64,000 nucleotides of DNA from assembly GCA_963675755.2 (NCBI GenBank), contig CAXXMD010000002.1, positions 1,728,001 to 1,792,000 of the forward strand, written 5' to 3'. Under the pieces are notes generated by a model. The model was not told the origin of the DNA and did no database searches. It was given only the letters and a program-made list of their open reading frames with translations. Shown here one piece after another: positions 1 to 10,945 of the stretch (position 1 is its first letter; each line of letters opens with the position of its first letter). Both the position numbers and the translations under genes were made by a program. Source of the DNA: a bacterium. Its GTDB lineage: Bacteria; Zhuqueibacterota; Zhuqueibacteria; Residuimicrobiales; Krinioviventaceae.

Positions 1-336
1 GAACCCGGATATTATAAAAGCATTATAACTGACAACAGTCAATTGGCCGCGGCAATAGAGTTCTATCATGTAAAATACCAGTTACCTCAGGTATTCTCCC
101 CCCATAGTGTTTATGGATATTGGGGACCGGGAAATGCCGAAACATCCCGATGCCTTTATGTAGATACCAAAGATATACCGGTACAATGGCGGGCGCTGTT
201 TAATACAATTGTACCGTTGGATACGGTAACAATCAACCCTGATTTTGGTAAAAAAAATCGCATATTCTTTATTGAATGCAGGGATATTAACAAACCAATA
301 GAAAACGCCTGGCCAGCGTTACTACATACGGATTAA
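1..336 (+). CDS. C-terminal part of a probable GT39/ArnT-like membrane glycosyltransferase (truncated at window start)
   Basis: Frame is open from base 1; AAAIEFY...SPHSVYGYWGP resembles the C-terminal domain of GT39-like proteins. Confidence 0.5.
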   Translation, partial: EPGYYKSIITDNSQLAAAIEFYHVKYQLPQVFSPHSVYGYWGPGNAETSRCLYVDTKDIPVQWRALFNTIVPLDTVTINPDFGKKNRIFFIECRDINKPIENAWPALLHTD

Positions 337-435
337 TATACAGAATATTACTCCATTTAATAACTTTTATCAATTAATTTATTGATGTTATAACAACCTT
401 TCAATAGATTAGATATAATTAAAAAGGAGTATATT

Positions 436-1656
436 ATGAAATCCAATATTTTTTATATTAATCTATTATTTTTCACTGTCATGTTATTTGCACAAGATGG
501 AGAAACATTATATCAAGATAAATGCGGTAGATGCCACACATTATACATGCCATTCGAGTATGATACTCAGGAATGGCCAGGAATTGTAAAATCCATGAAA
601 AATTATGCATCACTGGATGATGAAGAAGTTAAAAGTATTACTGAATTTCTTATTGATGAAAGCACCAGCCAAAAATTAAATACAACAGGACAAATAGATC
701 CAACTGTAGGCGGCTATTTATATACGGAATATTTTAATTCACAACAAAAAGCATCAAACTTTGACATTCATTATCTTGCTTTATATGTATCTGGTTGGGC
801 AGCTGAAAATATTTATTATTATGGAGAGCTGGAACTGGAGCATGGTGGTACCGGTGGCAACAATACATTTGTTGAACAGGCTTTTATAGATTATTGGATC
901 CTCCCCAACAGTGCCATCAAGATAGGAGCGATTCTAACACCCTTTAATAGATTTGACGATTTTCATGGTCCGTTATTAAATGCAACGATTTCAAGACCTC
1001 AAGTTGCACGTGAAATTGGCACCAGTGCCTGGAAAGATGTTGGAATTGATTTACATGGTTTTTTTAATTTGAACAAGAATTTTCAATTTCAATACGACAT
1101 TTATACAATAAATGGTTTGGGAAGCGGTACTAATCTTCGTTCCAGCAGACAGTATAGAGACAATAATGAGAATCTGGCAAAAGGTGGACGCTTAAATTTT
1201 GTGCTCAACAACAACATAGAAATTGGTGGATCACTATACCAGGGTAAATGGGACGATGATGGCAAATATCAGTTAACTATGGCGGGTACTCATGTTATTT
1301 ACAACACCGTTTTTGGAGACATTTACGCCGAATATTCAAAAGCTGAATCTGAAAATCCTGATTCTCTTCAAAATGGGAATATGAATGGATATTTCATTCA
1401 AATCTCAAAACAATTATTAGAAAAGATAAGACCGGTAATACGATATGGTGAACTTGATTATCTGGACACCTCAAACGTACTCGGACGTAGCGCATCAAAA
1501 GGAAATAAAGACCTAAGCGAGTTGGTTTTTGGCATTTCATATTTTCCATCTCACAATACCGTTTTTAAAATTGAATATATAATATTTGATGAAGGCAGCA
1601 GAATACAACAGGTGAATAACAATCAAGTTGGATTTCAAGCAGCAGTAAAATTCTAA
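436..1656 (+). CDS. Monoheme cytochrome c fused to an outer-membrane beta-barrel porin (OprO/P-like)
   Basis: RBS AAGGAG; signal peptide; CGRCH heme motif with downstream EW..IV.SM; amphipathic beta strands; C-terminal Phe (QAAVKF). Confidence 0.8.
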   Translation: MKSNIFYINLLFFTVMLFAQDGETLYQDKCGRCHTLYMPFEYDTQEWPGIVKSMKNYASLDDEEVKSITEFLIDESTSQKLNTTGQIDPTVGGYLYTEYFNSQQKASNFDIHYLALYVSGWAAENIYYYGELELEHGGTGGNNTFVEQAFIDYWILPNSAIKIGAILTPFNRFDDFHGPLLNATISRPQVAREIGTSAWKDVGIDLHGFFNLNKNFQFQYDIYTINGLGSGTNLRSSRQYRDNNENLAKGGRLNFVLNNNIEIGGSLYQGKWDDDGKYQLTMAGTHVIYNTVFGDIYAEYSKAESENPDSLQNGNMNGYFIQISKQLLEKIRPVIRYGELDYLDTSNVLGRSASKGNKDLSELVFGISYFPSHNTVFKIEYIIFDEGSRIQQVNNNQVGFQAAVKF

Positions 1657-1715
1657 TTGAATTTATTGCATTTTTCATTTATTTTTCAACAAACGATTGA
1701 ATAAAGAGGAACGCT

Positions 1716-1919
1716 ATGGAATGTAAAAAAAGTAGAAATATGCAAAACTGTAATTGTAGTTATGAACCCTGCTCCCGTAAAGGTGTATGCTGCGATTGTA
1801 TTCAATATCATCTCAGAATGCGTGAACTACCTGCATGTGTTTTTCCGAATGACATTGAAAAAACCTACAACCGTTCGTTTGAGAAATTTGCACAACTGGT
1901 GAATGAAGGAAGAGTCTAA
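1716..1919 (+). CDS. Small Cys-rich protein (DUF6485-like)
   Basis: [21 protein letters not shown]...LPAC motif; RBS GAGGA. Confidence 0.75.
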   Translation: MECKKSRNMQNCNCSYEPCSRKGVCCDCIQYHLRMRELPACVFPNDIEKTYNRSFEKFAQLVNEGRV

Positions 1920-1976
1920 AAAGGATTCTTGTCATTTCTTTTAAATTCATAATTTTCACGGATACTTGGAGCCATT

Positions 1977-3026
1977 ATGAAAAAACTTTCCATCCTTTTT
2001 TTATTGCTGGTGTTTTCCTGCAGCTCTCAAAAATTCGATTTTTACTCACAACCCAAAATCGATTCACATGTTCATGTTAGAACCTATGACAAGAGCTTTG
2101 TTGAACAGGCACAAATGGACCATTTTGGATTATTGACCATAAATACGCGTTCATCCAGTAAAACCTATATCGATGAACAGCAGCGTTATGCTATTTTTCA
2201 AAACAAACACTATCCTGTTAACATATCCTGGGCTGCAACATTCAGTATGGAACACTTTGGGGAGCCGGATTGGCAGCAAAATACAATAGCCTATCTGGAT
2301 TCCTGTTTTCAAATGGGTGCCATTGCTGTAAAGGTATGGAAAGACATTGGTATGACTTTTCGAAATCCGGATAGCTCATTCATCATGATTGACGATGAAC
2401 GGTTTGATCCCGTTCTCGATTATATTGCGTCAAAAGGTAAAACTCTGGTTGCACATATTGCAGAACCGCGTAATTGCTGGCTGCCGGTTGATTCCATGAC
2501 AGTGAATAATGACAAAAAATATTTCACCAACAATCCACAGTATCACATGTATTTGCATCCTGATTACCCATCCTATGAAGAAATCATTGCATCGCGTGAT
2601 AATATGCTGGCTAAACATCCCGACTTGAGGGTTGTCGGTTGTCATTTGGGTAGTTTAGAGTGGAGTGTGGATGAACTTGCAAAACGATTGGACAAATATC
2701 CCAACCTTGCAGTAGATCTTTCTGCCCGTATATGCCATCTTCAGGTTCAAGACAGAAATAAAGTACAGAATTTTTTAAAAAAATACAGAACCCGTATTTT
2801 GTATGGTACCGATTTTGGAGTACGGGAAACCAGCGATTTTCATCAAGTAAGAAAAAATATTCATAATCGTTGGCTGGAAGACTGGGACTATTTTACAACA
2901 GCAAAACACCTGACATCAAAAGATGTGCCCAATGAATTTAAAGGTTTAAAATTAAAAGCTGAAATAGTTAAAGATATATACTACAACAATGCAATCAGAT
3001 GGTACCCCGAAATATCAGAATTATAA
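1977..3026 (+). CDS. Amidohydrolase_2 family metal-dependent hydrolase, lipoprotein
   Basis: Lipobox VFSC; DSHVH, GCHLG and LYGTD motifs. Confidence 0.85.
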   Translation: MKKLSILFLLLVFSCSSQKFDFYSQPKIDSHVHVRTYDKSFVEQAQMDHFGLLTINTRSSSKTYIDEQQRYAIFQNKHYPVNISWAATFSMEHFGEPDWQQNTIAYLDSCFQMGAIAVKVWKDIGMTFRNPDSSFIMIDDERFDPVLDYIASKGKTLVAHIAEPRNCWLPVDSMTVNNDKKYFTNNPQYHMYLHPDYPSYEEIIASRDNMLAKHPDLRVVGCHLGSLEWSVDELAKRLDKYPNLAVDLSARICHLQVQDRNKVQNFLKKYRTRILYGTDFGVRETSDFHQVRKNIHNRWLEDWDYFTTAKHLTSKDVPNEFKGLKLKAEIVKDIYYNNAIRWYPEISEL

Positions 3027-3047
3027 AATAGAATGAAAGGAAATTCC

Positions 3048-3494
3048 ATGGATCCTGTAAGCAACGCCAGTAATACATTTCTGGAAGGCTTTACCTGTTC
3101 TCAGGCAATACTCGCTGCATTTGCTGAACAGGTAGGACTCGATAAAAATGCAGCATTGAAATTAAGCAGTGGTTTTGGTGGCGGCATAGGTCGTACGGGA
3201 CATGTTTGCGGAGCGGTTTCTGGCGCTGTCTGTATACTGGGCATGCAATATGGTTTCACAGATGCAAGTGATGCTGACGCAAAAAACAAAATATATGATA
3301 AAGTTCAGGAATTTCAAAAAAGATTTCAGGCAATACATAATACATTGATTTGTAATGACTTGATTGGACATGACATCAATGACCCACAGGATCGGGCAAA
3401 AGCCATGGAAGAAAACATCTTTAAAACTGTTTGTCCAGATTTTGTTGCATCTGCTGCAAGTATCCTGGTTGAAATGTTGAATGAAGAAAAATAA
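3048..3494 (+). CDS. C_GCAxxG_C_C family redox protein
   Basis: CSQA, GFGGG, CGAVSG and two later Cys; ATG 3048 follows AAGGA. Confidence 0.9.
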   Translation: MDPVSNASNTFLEGFTCSQAILAAFAEQVGLDKNAALKLSSGFGGGIGRTGHVCGAVSGAVCILGMQYGFTDASDADAKNKIYDKVQEFQKRFQAIHNTLICNDLIGHDINDPQDRAKAMEENIFKTVCPDFVASAASILVEMLNEEK

Positions 3495-4281
3495 ATACAA
3501 CTGGAACGCAGACGACTATGCGAAACACTCCTCGGCCCAGTTGAACTGGGCCCGGGAATTGATACAAAAACTTGCTTTGAATGGAAGCGAGTCGGTTCTG
3601 GATGTTGGCTGTGGCGACGGTAAAATAACTGCAGAGTTGGCAAGAATGCTTCCACATGGTCTTGTACAGGGGATAGATAATTCAAAAGAAATGATCCAAT
3701 TGGCAAAAGAATCGTTTCCCTCTCAAAAATTTTCCAACCTTGATTTTGCTATTATGGACGCCCTGAATATACAATACAACGATCAGTTTGATTTGGTATT
3801 TTCGAATGCAGCACTGCACTGGATTCAAGGGCACCAACCTGTATTAACAGGAATCAGTAACGCGTTAAAACCCGGTGGCAGATATTTGCTGCAAATGGGC
3901 GGTTCTGGTAACGCAGCAGAGATATTAACCGTGGTTAATCAAATTATCAGCAATCCGGAATGGTTACCTTATTTTCAAGAGTTCACATTCCCATATGGAT
4001 TTTACACCCCGGAAGATTATGAAAAATGGATTATCAACACACGCCTCAAACCAGTACGAACCGAACTTTTACCCAAAGATATGGTTTATGACTCTGACGA
4101 AAAACTCAAAGGCTGGTTCAGAACCACCTGGCTGCCTTATATAGAAAAAGTTCCAATGGATTTAAAGGAACAATTCATTGATGAAATTATAAATACTTTT
4201 CTGTTAAACAATCCTCCGGATGCATCAGGAAATATACGGATAAAAATGGTACGTCTCGAAACACAAGGTTTCAAAGTATAA
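3481..4281 (+). CDS. Class I SAM-dependent methyltransferase (Tam-like)
   Basis: VLDVGCGDG, FSNAALHW and LKPGG motifs. Confidence 0.9.
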   Translation: MKKNKYNWNADDYAKHSSAQLNWARELIQKLALNGSESVLDVGCGDGKITAELARMLPHGLVQGIDNSKEMIQLAKESFPSQKFSNLDFAIMDALNIQYNDQFDLVFSNAALHWIQGHQPVLTGISNALKPGGRYLLQMGGSGNAAEILTVVNQIISNPEWLPYFQEFTFPYGFYTPEDYEKWIINTRLKPVRTELLPKDMVYDSDEKLKGWFRTTWLPYIEKVPMDLKEQFIDEIINTFLLNNPPDASGNIRIKMVRLETQGFKV

Positions 4282-4326
4282 CCCTGGTCCTTTTCGCGTA
4301 ACAACAAAACCAAACCAGATTACTCC

Positions 4327-4354
4327 TTGACATTGGCCCATATAATCGTATATT
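4327..4354 (+). promoter_or_regulatory. Sigma70-type promoter for the abl operon
   Basis: TTGACA-16 nt-TATATT. Confidence 0.55.
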
Positions 4355-4496
4355 AATATATGTTTTTATATGAATTTTCAAAAAATTTTACCAAAACGGG
4401 TTCTATTCTCTTTTCTTTCTACTTTAATTGATTTTTCCCCTACTCTCATCCTGTTTATATAAATGTGTATATATTAATATATATAAAGGAATACCT

Positions 4497-5822
4497 ATGT
4501 CTATATATAATGAAAAACAACAAAATTTAGCAGAAAAGATTGACTCTGATATTAAAAAATCACAATGGCAAGACTGGCGCTGGCAAATAAAACATTCTAT
4601 TAAAGATATTCAAACATTTCAAAAATTATTGGGTATAAAATTTTCTTCGCATACACAAAAAGCATTAAAGGAAACGCTCGATAAATTCCCTCTTTCCATA
4701 ACTCCTTATTATTTATCATTGATTGATGTAGACGATTATGAAAATGATCCCGTTTTCAAACAATCCTTTCCTTCTCCTTCCGAATTGATCATGAATGCTC
4801 ATGACATGGAAGATCCGCTTGCAGAAGATAAAGACAGTCCGGTTCCACTGGTAACGCATCGCTATCCGGACCGTGTACTGTTTCATATCAGTAATATATG
4901 CTCCATGTATTGCCGTCATTGCACGCGTAAACGCAAAGTAGGCGACGTAGATTCAATTCCCATACGTGATGATATCAAAGCAGGACTGGATTACATACGC
5001 AATACTCCCAAAGTGCGCGATGTATTATTGTCCGGTGGTGATCCTCTTATGCTGGCAGACAATTATCTGGATTGGATTTTAACTGAATTGCATGCCATAC
5101 CCCATGTCGAGGTTGTACGCATTGGTACCAGAATGCCGGTTGTACTGCCGTATCGTATCACTGATAAATTAGTTGATATGTTAAAAAAACACCAACCTTT
5201 ATGGATTAATACACATTTTAACCATCCCCGCGAAGTTACCGCGTCTTCAACTGCTGCGTTGCGTAAACTTGCAGATGCGGGATTCCCCCTTGGCAATCAA
5301 ACAGTATTGCTGGCAGGTGTAAATGACTGTCCCCGTATCATGAAAAGCCTGGTGCACAAATTGGTAAAAAATAGGGTACGCCCCTATTACATGTACCAAT
5401 GTGATCTTTCGGAAGGATTGTCACATTTTCGCACACCTGTTGGCAAGGGTATAGAAATCATAGAAAGCATGATTGGTCATACAAGCGGATTCGCAGTACC
5501 AACCTATGTAATAGACGCACCCGGTGGTGGCGGTAAAATTCCGGTCATGCCCAATTATCTGATATCATGGTCTACCAATAAAGTAATTCTTAGAAATTAT
5601 GAAGGTGTAATTACCACATACGAAGAACCTGATTCATACGAACAAGTATTCTGCGACAGAAATTGTGATAATTGCTCATTACAACTCAAACTCGAAGAGG
5701 CGGATGAGTACAAGTCCATTGGAATTGAAAAGCTCTTGTCATATGATGATGACGCAATTTCTCTGGTACCACAGGACAATGAAAGATTTGAAAGACGAAA
5801 CAACTCGGAAGACGAAGAATGA
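4497..5822 (+). CDS. ablA: Lysine 2,3-aminomutase (radical SAM)
   Basis: [31 protein letters not shown]; ATG 4497 follows AAGGA; ablB lies downstream. Confidence 0.95.
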   Translation: MSIYNEKQQNLAEKIDSDIKKSQWQDWRWQIKHSIKDIQTFQKLLGIKFSSHTQKALKETLDKFPLSITPYYLSLIDVDDYENDPVFKQSFPSPSELIMNAHDMEDPLAEDKDSPVPLVTHRYPDRVLFHISNICSMYCRHCTRKRKVGDVDSIPIRDDIKAGLDYIRNTPKVRDVLLSGGDPLMLADNYLDWILTELHAIPHVEVVRIGTRMPVVLPYRITDKLVDMLKKHQPLWINTHFNHPREVTASSTAALRKLADAGFPLGNQTVLLAGVNDCPRIMKSLVHKLVKNRVRPYYMYQCDLSEGLSHFRTPVGKGIEIIESMIGHTSGFAVPTYVIDAPGGGGKIPVMPNYLISWSTNKVILRNYEGVITTYEEPDSYEQVFCDRNCDNCSLQLKLEEADEYKSIGIEKLLSYDDDAISLVPQDNERFERRNNSEDEE

Positions 5823-7243
5823 GTCTTGTTGATTACCTGATTTTCATTATATATATGATGTTGGTTTTGGGTGTAGGAATTTATTTCTACTTTAAAAACC
5901 AGACAAAAGAAGATTATTACGTGGGCGGACGCTCCATATCTGCCAGCCATGTTGGCTTGTCTATTGTGGCAACAGATGTTGGCGGTGGATTTTCCATTGG
6001 CTTGGGTGGATTGGGGTACCTGATGGGTTTATCGGGTTCATGGTTACTATTTACCGGTCTGGTGGGTGCATGGATTACTGCGGTTATTATGATTCCCAAA
6101 ATAAAATCCATTGACGAAAAACTGGGTCTTCTCTCATTTCCGGACTTTTTGCAGCATAAATACGATCATCGTGTTGCCCTGGGAGCAGCTATTATTTCAG
6201 GTATCGGTTATCTTGGTTTTACCGGTGGCCAAATACTGGCTGGAGCCAAGCTGGCGGCAAGTACTATTTTCAGTGATTTGCCCTTTTCCATGGAACCATT
6301 GACATTTTCTATTTATATCATGTCCGGAATTATCATTATTTATACAGTTTTAGGTGGCATCAAAGCCGTAATTTATACGGATACTATCCAATGGATTGTG
6401 TTATTATGTGGATTGCTTTTCTTTGCATTGCCGATAACCTATTATGAGGTTGGCGGCTGGCATGAAATGACCCGTCAATTACCAAAAGAATTTATGACAT
6501 TGAGTAACATCTCTCCTATTCAGCTAATTAACTGGATTATAACCATTGTACCTATCTGGTTTATTGGAATGACATTGTATCAACGGATATATGCATGCAG
6601 GACTGTCAAAGAAGCACAAAAAGCATGGTTTATGGCCGGAATATTTGAATATCCGGTAATCGCATTTGTGGGAGTAACATTGGGGATGATGTCCCGAATC
6701 ATGTTCCCCAATATAGAACCGGAAATGGGAATGCCTTTACTCATCAAAAACGCGTTACCCATTGGCATCACAGGAATTGTGATATCAGCATATTTTTCTG
6801 CCATCATGTCTACTGCAGACAGCTGCCTTATTGCCTCTTCAGGAAATTTTGTTTCTGATATTATTCATAAACACCTCCTGAAAACAGCCTCCCATCGATT
6901 TATTATGAGACTTTCTTTGGTAGTAACATTGATATTGGGGATTCTGACAATAATTATAGCCAGTTCTTTTGGTACAGTGTTGGAAATTATATTACATGCG
7001 TATTCATTTATGGTTGCGGGATTATTTGTACCAACACTTGGCGCTCTGTTTTGGGAAAAAAGCCATCCTACAGCAGCACTATGGAGTATTTACACCGGGG
7101 GTACAATAACTTTGATTATTATATTTGCAAAGTTGGAAATGCCCATGGGATTAGACGCAAGTTTTTACGGCATACTGGTTTCCGCTTTGTTCTTTATACT
7201 GTTTTCACTCAAGTATAATAAAACGGAGAATAAACATGTATGA
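5819..7243 (+). CDS. Sodium:solute symporter (SSS family)
   Basis: Many TM helices; [17 protein letters not shown] and SAIMSTADS motifs. Confidence 0.92.
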   Translation: MSLVDYLIFIIYMMLVLGVGIYFYFKNQTKEDYYVGGRSISASHVGLSIVATDVGGGFSIGLGGLGYLMGLSGSWLLFTGLVGAWITAVIMIPKIKSIDEKLGLLSFPDFLQHKYDHRVALGAAIISGIGYLGFTGGQILAGAKLAASTIFSDLPFSMEPLTFSIYIMSGIIIIYTVLGGIKAVIYTDTIQWIVLLCGLLFFALPITYYEVGGWHEMTRQLPKEFMTLSNISPIQLINWIITIVPIWFIGMTLYQRIYACRTVKEAQKAWFMAGIFEYPVIAFVGVTLGMMSRIMFPNIEPEMGMPLLIKNALPIGITGIVISAYFSAIMSTADSCLIASSGNFVSDIIHKHLLKTASHRFIMRLSLVVTLILGILTIIIASSFGTVLEIILHAYSFMVAGLFVPTLGALFWEKSHPTAALWSIYTGGTITLIIIFAKLEMPMGLDASFYGILVSALFFILFSLKYNKTENKHV

Positions 7244-8078
7244 TACAATAGAAAAATTACAACATTCCACAATACAGCATGGTAAATACAACGATCGCAT
7301 CTATTTAATGAAGCTAGATCCTCAAGATTTTTTCACTCTTCCGGGTGAATTGGAAAAGCTTGCAGAACAGGAAGAATATTCTAAAATATTCACCAAAATA
7401 CCTGTGAATGCTTGTATGAATTTTCAACATTACCAATTTACCAAAGAAGCATATATACCCAAATTTTTTAATGGACGAACGCCTGCCTATTTTATGTCAA
7501 AATTTGTAGACCGGAAAAGAGCGCATTTATCAATCGAAAATCGCCAGATAATTTCTGACATTATTAAACTTGCAAAATCCAAAGCCAAACAAAAAGATGC
7601 CCCTCTTGCTGAAGGATTGGAAATAAGGCACTTGACTGAAAAGGATATTCCACAACTTACCAGTTTATATAAACAGGTATTCAAGACCTATCCCTTTCCT
7701 ATTTTTGAAGATGACTATATTGCAGAGACCATGAAAGACCATATTCTCTATTTTGGCTTGTTTGATAAAGATACTTTACTTGCAGCTTCTTCCTGCGAAA
7801 TGGACAAGGAGAACCTGAATGTAGAAATGACCGACTTTGCCACCAATCCTGATCATCTTGGAAACGGTTATGCCTACCAGCTATTACGTGCAATGGATAA
7901 GGAAATGAGAGCCCAGGAATTTGTAACTGCATTTACCATTGCACGCGCTGTTTCTCATGGAATGAATATTACTTTTTCCAAACGCGGATATAATTTTTCA
8001 GGCACATTGATTAACAATACAAACATCAATGGCGAAATTGAATGTATGAATGTCTGGTACAAAACATTACTAAAATAA
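7236..8078 (+). CDS. ablB: Beta-lysine N6-acetyltransferase (GNAT)
   Basis: QHGKYNDRIYLMK, YPFPI, EMTDFAT, TIARA, GTLINNTNI..E.MNVWYK; in operon with ablA. Confidence 0.92.
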   Translation: MYDTIEKLQHSTIQHGKYNDRIYLMKLDPQDFFTLPGELEKLAEQEEYSKIFTKIPVNACMNFQHYQFTKEAYIPKFFNGRTPAYFMSKFVDRKRAHLSIENRQIISDIIKLAKSKAKQKDAPLAEGLEIRHLTEKDIPQLTSLYKQVFKTYPFPIFEDDYIAETMKDHILYFGLFDKDTLLAASSCEMDKENLNVEMTDFATNPDHLGNGYAYQLLRAMDKEMRAQEFVTAFTIARAVSHGMNITFSKRGYNFSGTLINNTNINGEIECMNVWYKTLLK

Positions 8079-8185
8079 AATCCTGCAAAATCTCAGGAAT
8101 GCAGGGGGTAAAAAATATTTTCTTTAAATTTTTGCATAAAATTTTGTATATTCTTGTTTAAAATAAAAAAATAAAGAAAATATAC

Positions 8186-8914
8186 ATGAATACGATAGAA
8201 TATTCTGTAACCATTCCGGTTTATAACGAACAAGACAATCTGCAAGAACTCGCCGACAATATATCAGAAGCCATGGATGCTATTGGTAAACCTTATGAAG
8301 TTATTCTGGTAGATGACGGCAGTAAAGATAACAGCAGAGAACTCATTAAGCAGCTTTGTAATGAACGGGCCCCTTATCGCTATCTTTTTTTTGATGGAAA
8401 TCATGGACAATCAGCCGCATTTGATGCAGGATTCAAAGCCGCACGCGGCAATATCATCATTACCATGGATGCAGACCTTCAGGTTGACGCCAAAGATATT
8501 CCCAAACTCCTTGAAAAAATGGATGAATACGATGCAGTTGTGGGGTATCGCAAAACCCGCCAGGACAGCCTGAACAAACGAATTTCATCAAAAATTGCAA
8601 ATGCAATTCGAAACAAACTCAGCGGTGAAAGCATCCGCGATACGGGCTGTCCGTTAAAAGCAATGAAACGTGAAGCGCTGATCAAGATCAAGCTGTTCAA
8701 AGGCATGCACCGATTCTTCCCCACTTTGCTGAAAATGGAAGGGTATACGGTAACCGAAGTGCCGGTGAACCATTATCCCCGAGTTCATGGCGTTTCAAAA
8801 TACACAATGCGAAACCGGGCCATCCGTGCGTTGCTGGACCTGTTTGCAATCCGCTGGATGCAAAAAAGATATCTGCGTTACAAAATCATTCAAGACAGTT
8901 TACATTCCAACTAG
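8186..8914 (+). CDS. GT2 polyprenol-phosphate glycosyltransferase (ArnC/DPM1-like)
   Basis: IPVYNE, VDDGSKD, MDADLQ and HRF motifs. Confidence 0.9.
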   Translation: MNTIEYSVTIPVYNEQDNLQELADNISEAMDAIGKPYEVILVDDGSKDNSRELIKQLCNERAPYRYLFFDGNHGQSAAFDAGFKAARGNIIITMDADLQVDAKDIPKLLEKMDEYDAVVGYRKTRQDSLNKRISSKIANAIRNKLSGESIRDTGCPLKAMKREALIKIKLFKGMHRFFPTLLKMEGYTVTEVPVNHYPRVHGVSKYTMRNRAIRALLDLFAIRWMQKRYLRYKIIQDSLHSN

Positions 8915-8924
8915 AAAAAAAATC

Positions 8925-10496
8925 ATGAATACAAAATCAAACAGTTTTGCCGTTTTGCTGATCATTCTGATCACCCTGATATTCTATTTACCCGGTGTTT
9001 TGTCTCCCCGTGATTTTTGGGTAGAAGACGAAGCCCGTTATGGAGAGATATTGCGTGAAATGCTGGATGCCGGACAATGGTTTGTTCCCCATTTGAACAA
9101 TCATTTTTACCCGGACAAGCCGCCGGTCTATTTCTGGCTTGCTGCTACCGTCTCGTTAATAACAGGCAAGATCACACCATTTTCAGGATTAATCATAACC
9201 TGGATAACCACCCTGGGTGCAATACTGACCACCTACTTTTTCACAAAAAAATTGTACAATCAGAGGGCCGCGTTTCTGGCCTCCCTTGTGCTAACTTCCA
9301 CCTTTCTTGTATTAGGCTGCGCGCAAATTGTACGTATGGACATGATGATGACCTGGTTTGTAACCTGGGCTATTTATGCCTTTTACCTGGGATATACCAA
9401 AGGTCAAACGCGCTGGTACTATCTGTTTTATATTTTTGCGGCTCTGGCTGTAATGGGCAAGGGACCTTTGGGCTTTACCTTTGCATGGTTTCCGGCAATT
9501 ATTTATCTGATGACCGAAAAGAAATGGAAAGAATTGTTCAAATTCGTGGTACATCCCGGATTCATTCTCTTTTTACTGCTGGCCGTGAGTTGGATCCTTG
9601 CAGCCTGGTTCACAGGCAATAAGGATTTTGTAAATACAATCATTAACGAACAATTACTGGGAAGAGCTGTTAAATCCTTTAGTCATAAAGAACCCATTTA
9701 TTTCTATCTCATGCTGCTTCCCTTTGTGCTGCTGCCCTGGTCTCCCTTTATTCCACGCGCTCTCAAACGCGGCGGCAAAGCATACAAACTGTTAATTCTG
9801 TGGTTTGTTCTGGGATTTGTTACCATTTCAATCCTTAGCGGTAAACTGTTTATCTATCTTTTGCCTCTGGTTCCGGCAGTTGCCATGATGCTGGGTAAAT
9901 TATTTGATGAATTGTTAACCTATAAAGGAACCGTAAAAGCCTGGCGCATTGAGAGTATGATTGCTATACTACTCACCTTTGGATTTTTTATAGCGCTTGT
10001 CTTTGCGGCTCCACATTATCCTATTGCGGACCAATTGCGTATTTCATCACTTGCATGGGTTTTCATCCCCCTAACTCTGGTGGCGGTTTGGTTTGCCTGG
10101 AAACAAAAGATTAAACATACCTTTGTTCTCCTCTTTCTGGGTATGTACATCTTTTCTTTTTACCTGTTCCAGGTCATGATTCCCCAGTTAAACTCCTATT
10201 TTTCTGCCCGTGAAATTGGTGCTGAAATCGCTCAGCATGAACAAGAGGGATACACAGTATCCATATTCAGGGTCCGCAGGGGCATTCTTAATTTTTATGC
10301 CGAAACCTATTTGCCTGAAAAAGAGTTGAGCGATCTGGATGGATTTTTTGAAACACCTAATCAATTGCTTATTATGAAAAAAAGTGAATATAAAAAACAA
10401 CAGAAACTATTGGCAGATACTCACGTATTATCAAACTATGAAATTGCCAACGAAAAATATGTAATAATAGGAAAAAATGATGTTAAAGAATTTTGA
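8925..10496 (+). CDS. ArnT-like (GT83/GT39 fold) membrane glycosyltransferase
   Basis: DEARY, DKPP, KGP and LPW motifs; many TMs; likely start ATG 8925. Confidence 0.88.
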   Translation: MNTKSNSFAVLLIILITLIFYLPGVLSPRDFWVEDEARYGEILREMLDAGQWFVPHLNNHFYPDKPPVYFWLAATVSLITGKITPFSGLIITWITTLGAILTTYFFTKKLYNQRAAFLASLVLTSTFLVLGCAQIVRMDMMMTWFVTWAIYAFYLGYTKGQTRWYYLFYIFAALAVMGKGPLGFTFAWFPAIIYLMTEKKWKELFKFVVHPGFILFLLLAVSWILAAWFTGNKDFVNTIINEQLLGRAVKSFSHKEPIYFYLMLLPFVLLPWSPFIPRALKRGGKAYKLLILWFVLGFVTISILSGKLFIYLLPLVPAVAMMLGKLFDELLTYKGTVKAWRIESMIAILLTFGFFIALVFAAPHYPIADQLRISSLAWVFIPLTLVAVWFAWKQKIKHTFVLLFLGMYIFSFYLFQVMIPQLNSYFSAREIGAEIAQHEQEGYTVSIFRVRRGILNFYAETYLPEKELSDLDGFFETPNQLLIMKKSEYKKQQKLLADTHVLSNYEIANEKYVIIGKNDVKEF

Positions 10497-10788
10497 TTTC
10501 TGGCTTGTGCTGGGTTTTGTAGCACAAGGCATTTTTGGAGTACGTTTTTTAATACAATGGATCGCCTCTGAACGTAAAAAGCAAAGTGTGATCCCCATAG
10601 GATTTTGGTACGTTAGTCTGCTGGGTGGTATGATGCTTCTGACCTATGCTATCCATATTAAAGATCCAGTATTTATATTGGGGCAGAGTACCGGCTCCCT
10701 CATCTATGGCCGCAATCTGATGCTGATCTATAATCAGCGTAAAAAGGAAAAAGCAGAAAAAGAAGCACAATCCGTAACTGCTGAATAA
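10477..10788 (+). CDS. Lipid A biosynthesis N-terminal (LAB_N) domain membrane protein
   Basis: RFLIQWIASE...SVIP..FW..SL.GG...YAI...DPVFILGQ. Confidence 0.88.
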   Translation: MMLKNFDFWLVLGFVAQGIFGVRFLIQWIASERKKQSVIPIGFWYVSLLGGMMLLTYAIHIKDPVFILGQSTGSLIYGRNLMLIYNQRKKEKAEKEAQSVTAE

Positions 10789-10796
10789 GATATTTT

Positions 10797-10829
10797 AAAA
10801 CGGGATGTAATAAATACATCCCGTTTTTT
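10797..10829 (+). terminator. Intrinsic terminator
   Basis: AAAACGGGATGTA-ataaa-TACATCCCGTTTT followed by a T run. Confidence 0.85.
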
Positions 10830-10945
10830 ATTTACAGAAAAAATCCCCTCCCCCTATATTCATTCTTTGAACATTATTGAAAAAATGTATCAATTTCACT
10901 ATATTTAAAAAATAGCTTTCAATCCTCAAATTCAAAGGAAACTAG

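Noticed and set aside
4428-5822. EF-P modification enzyme EpmB, and the extended TTG start at 4428
   Set aside because: ablB context and the C-terminal Cys cluster indicate AblA; the RBS supports ATG 4497
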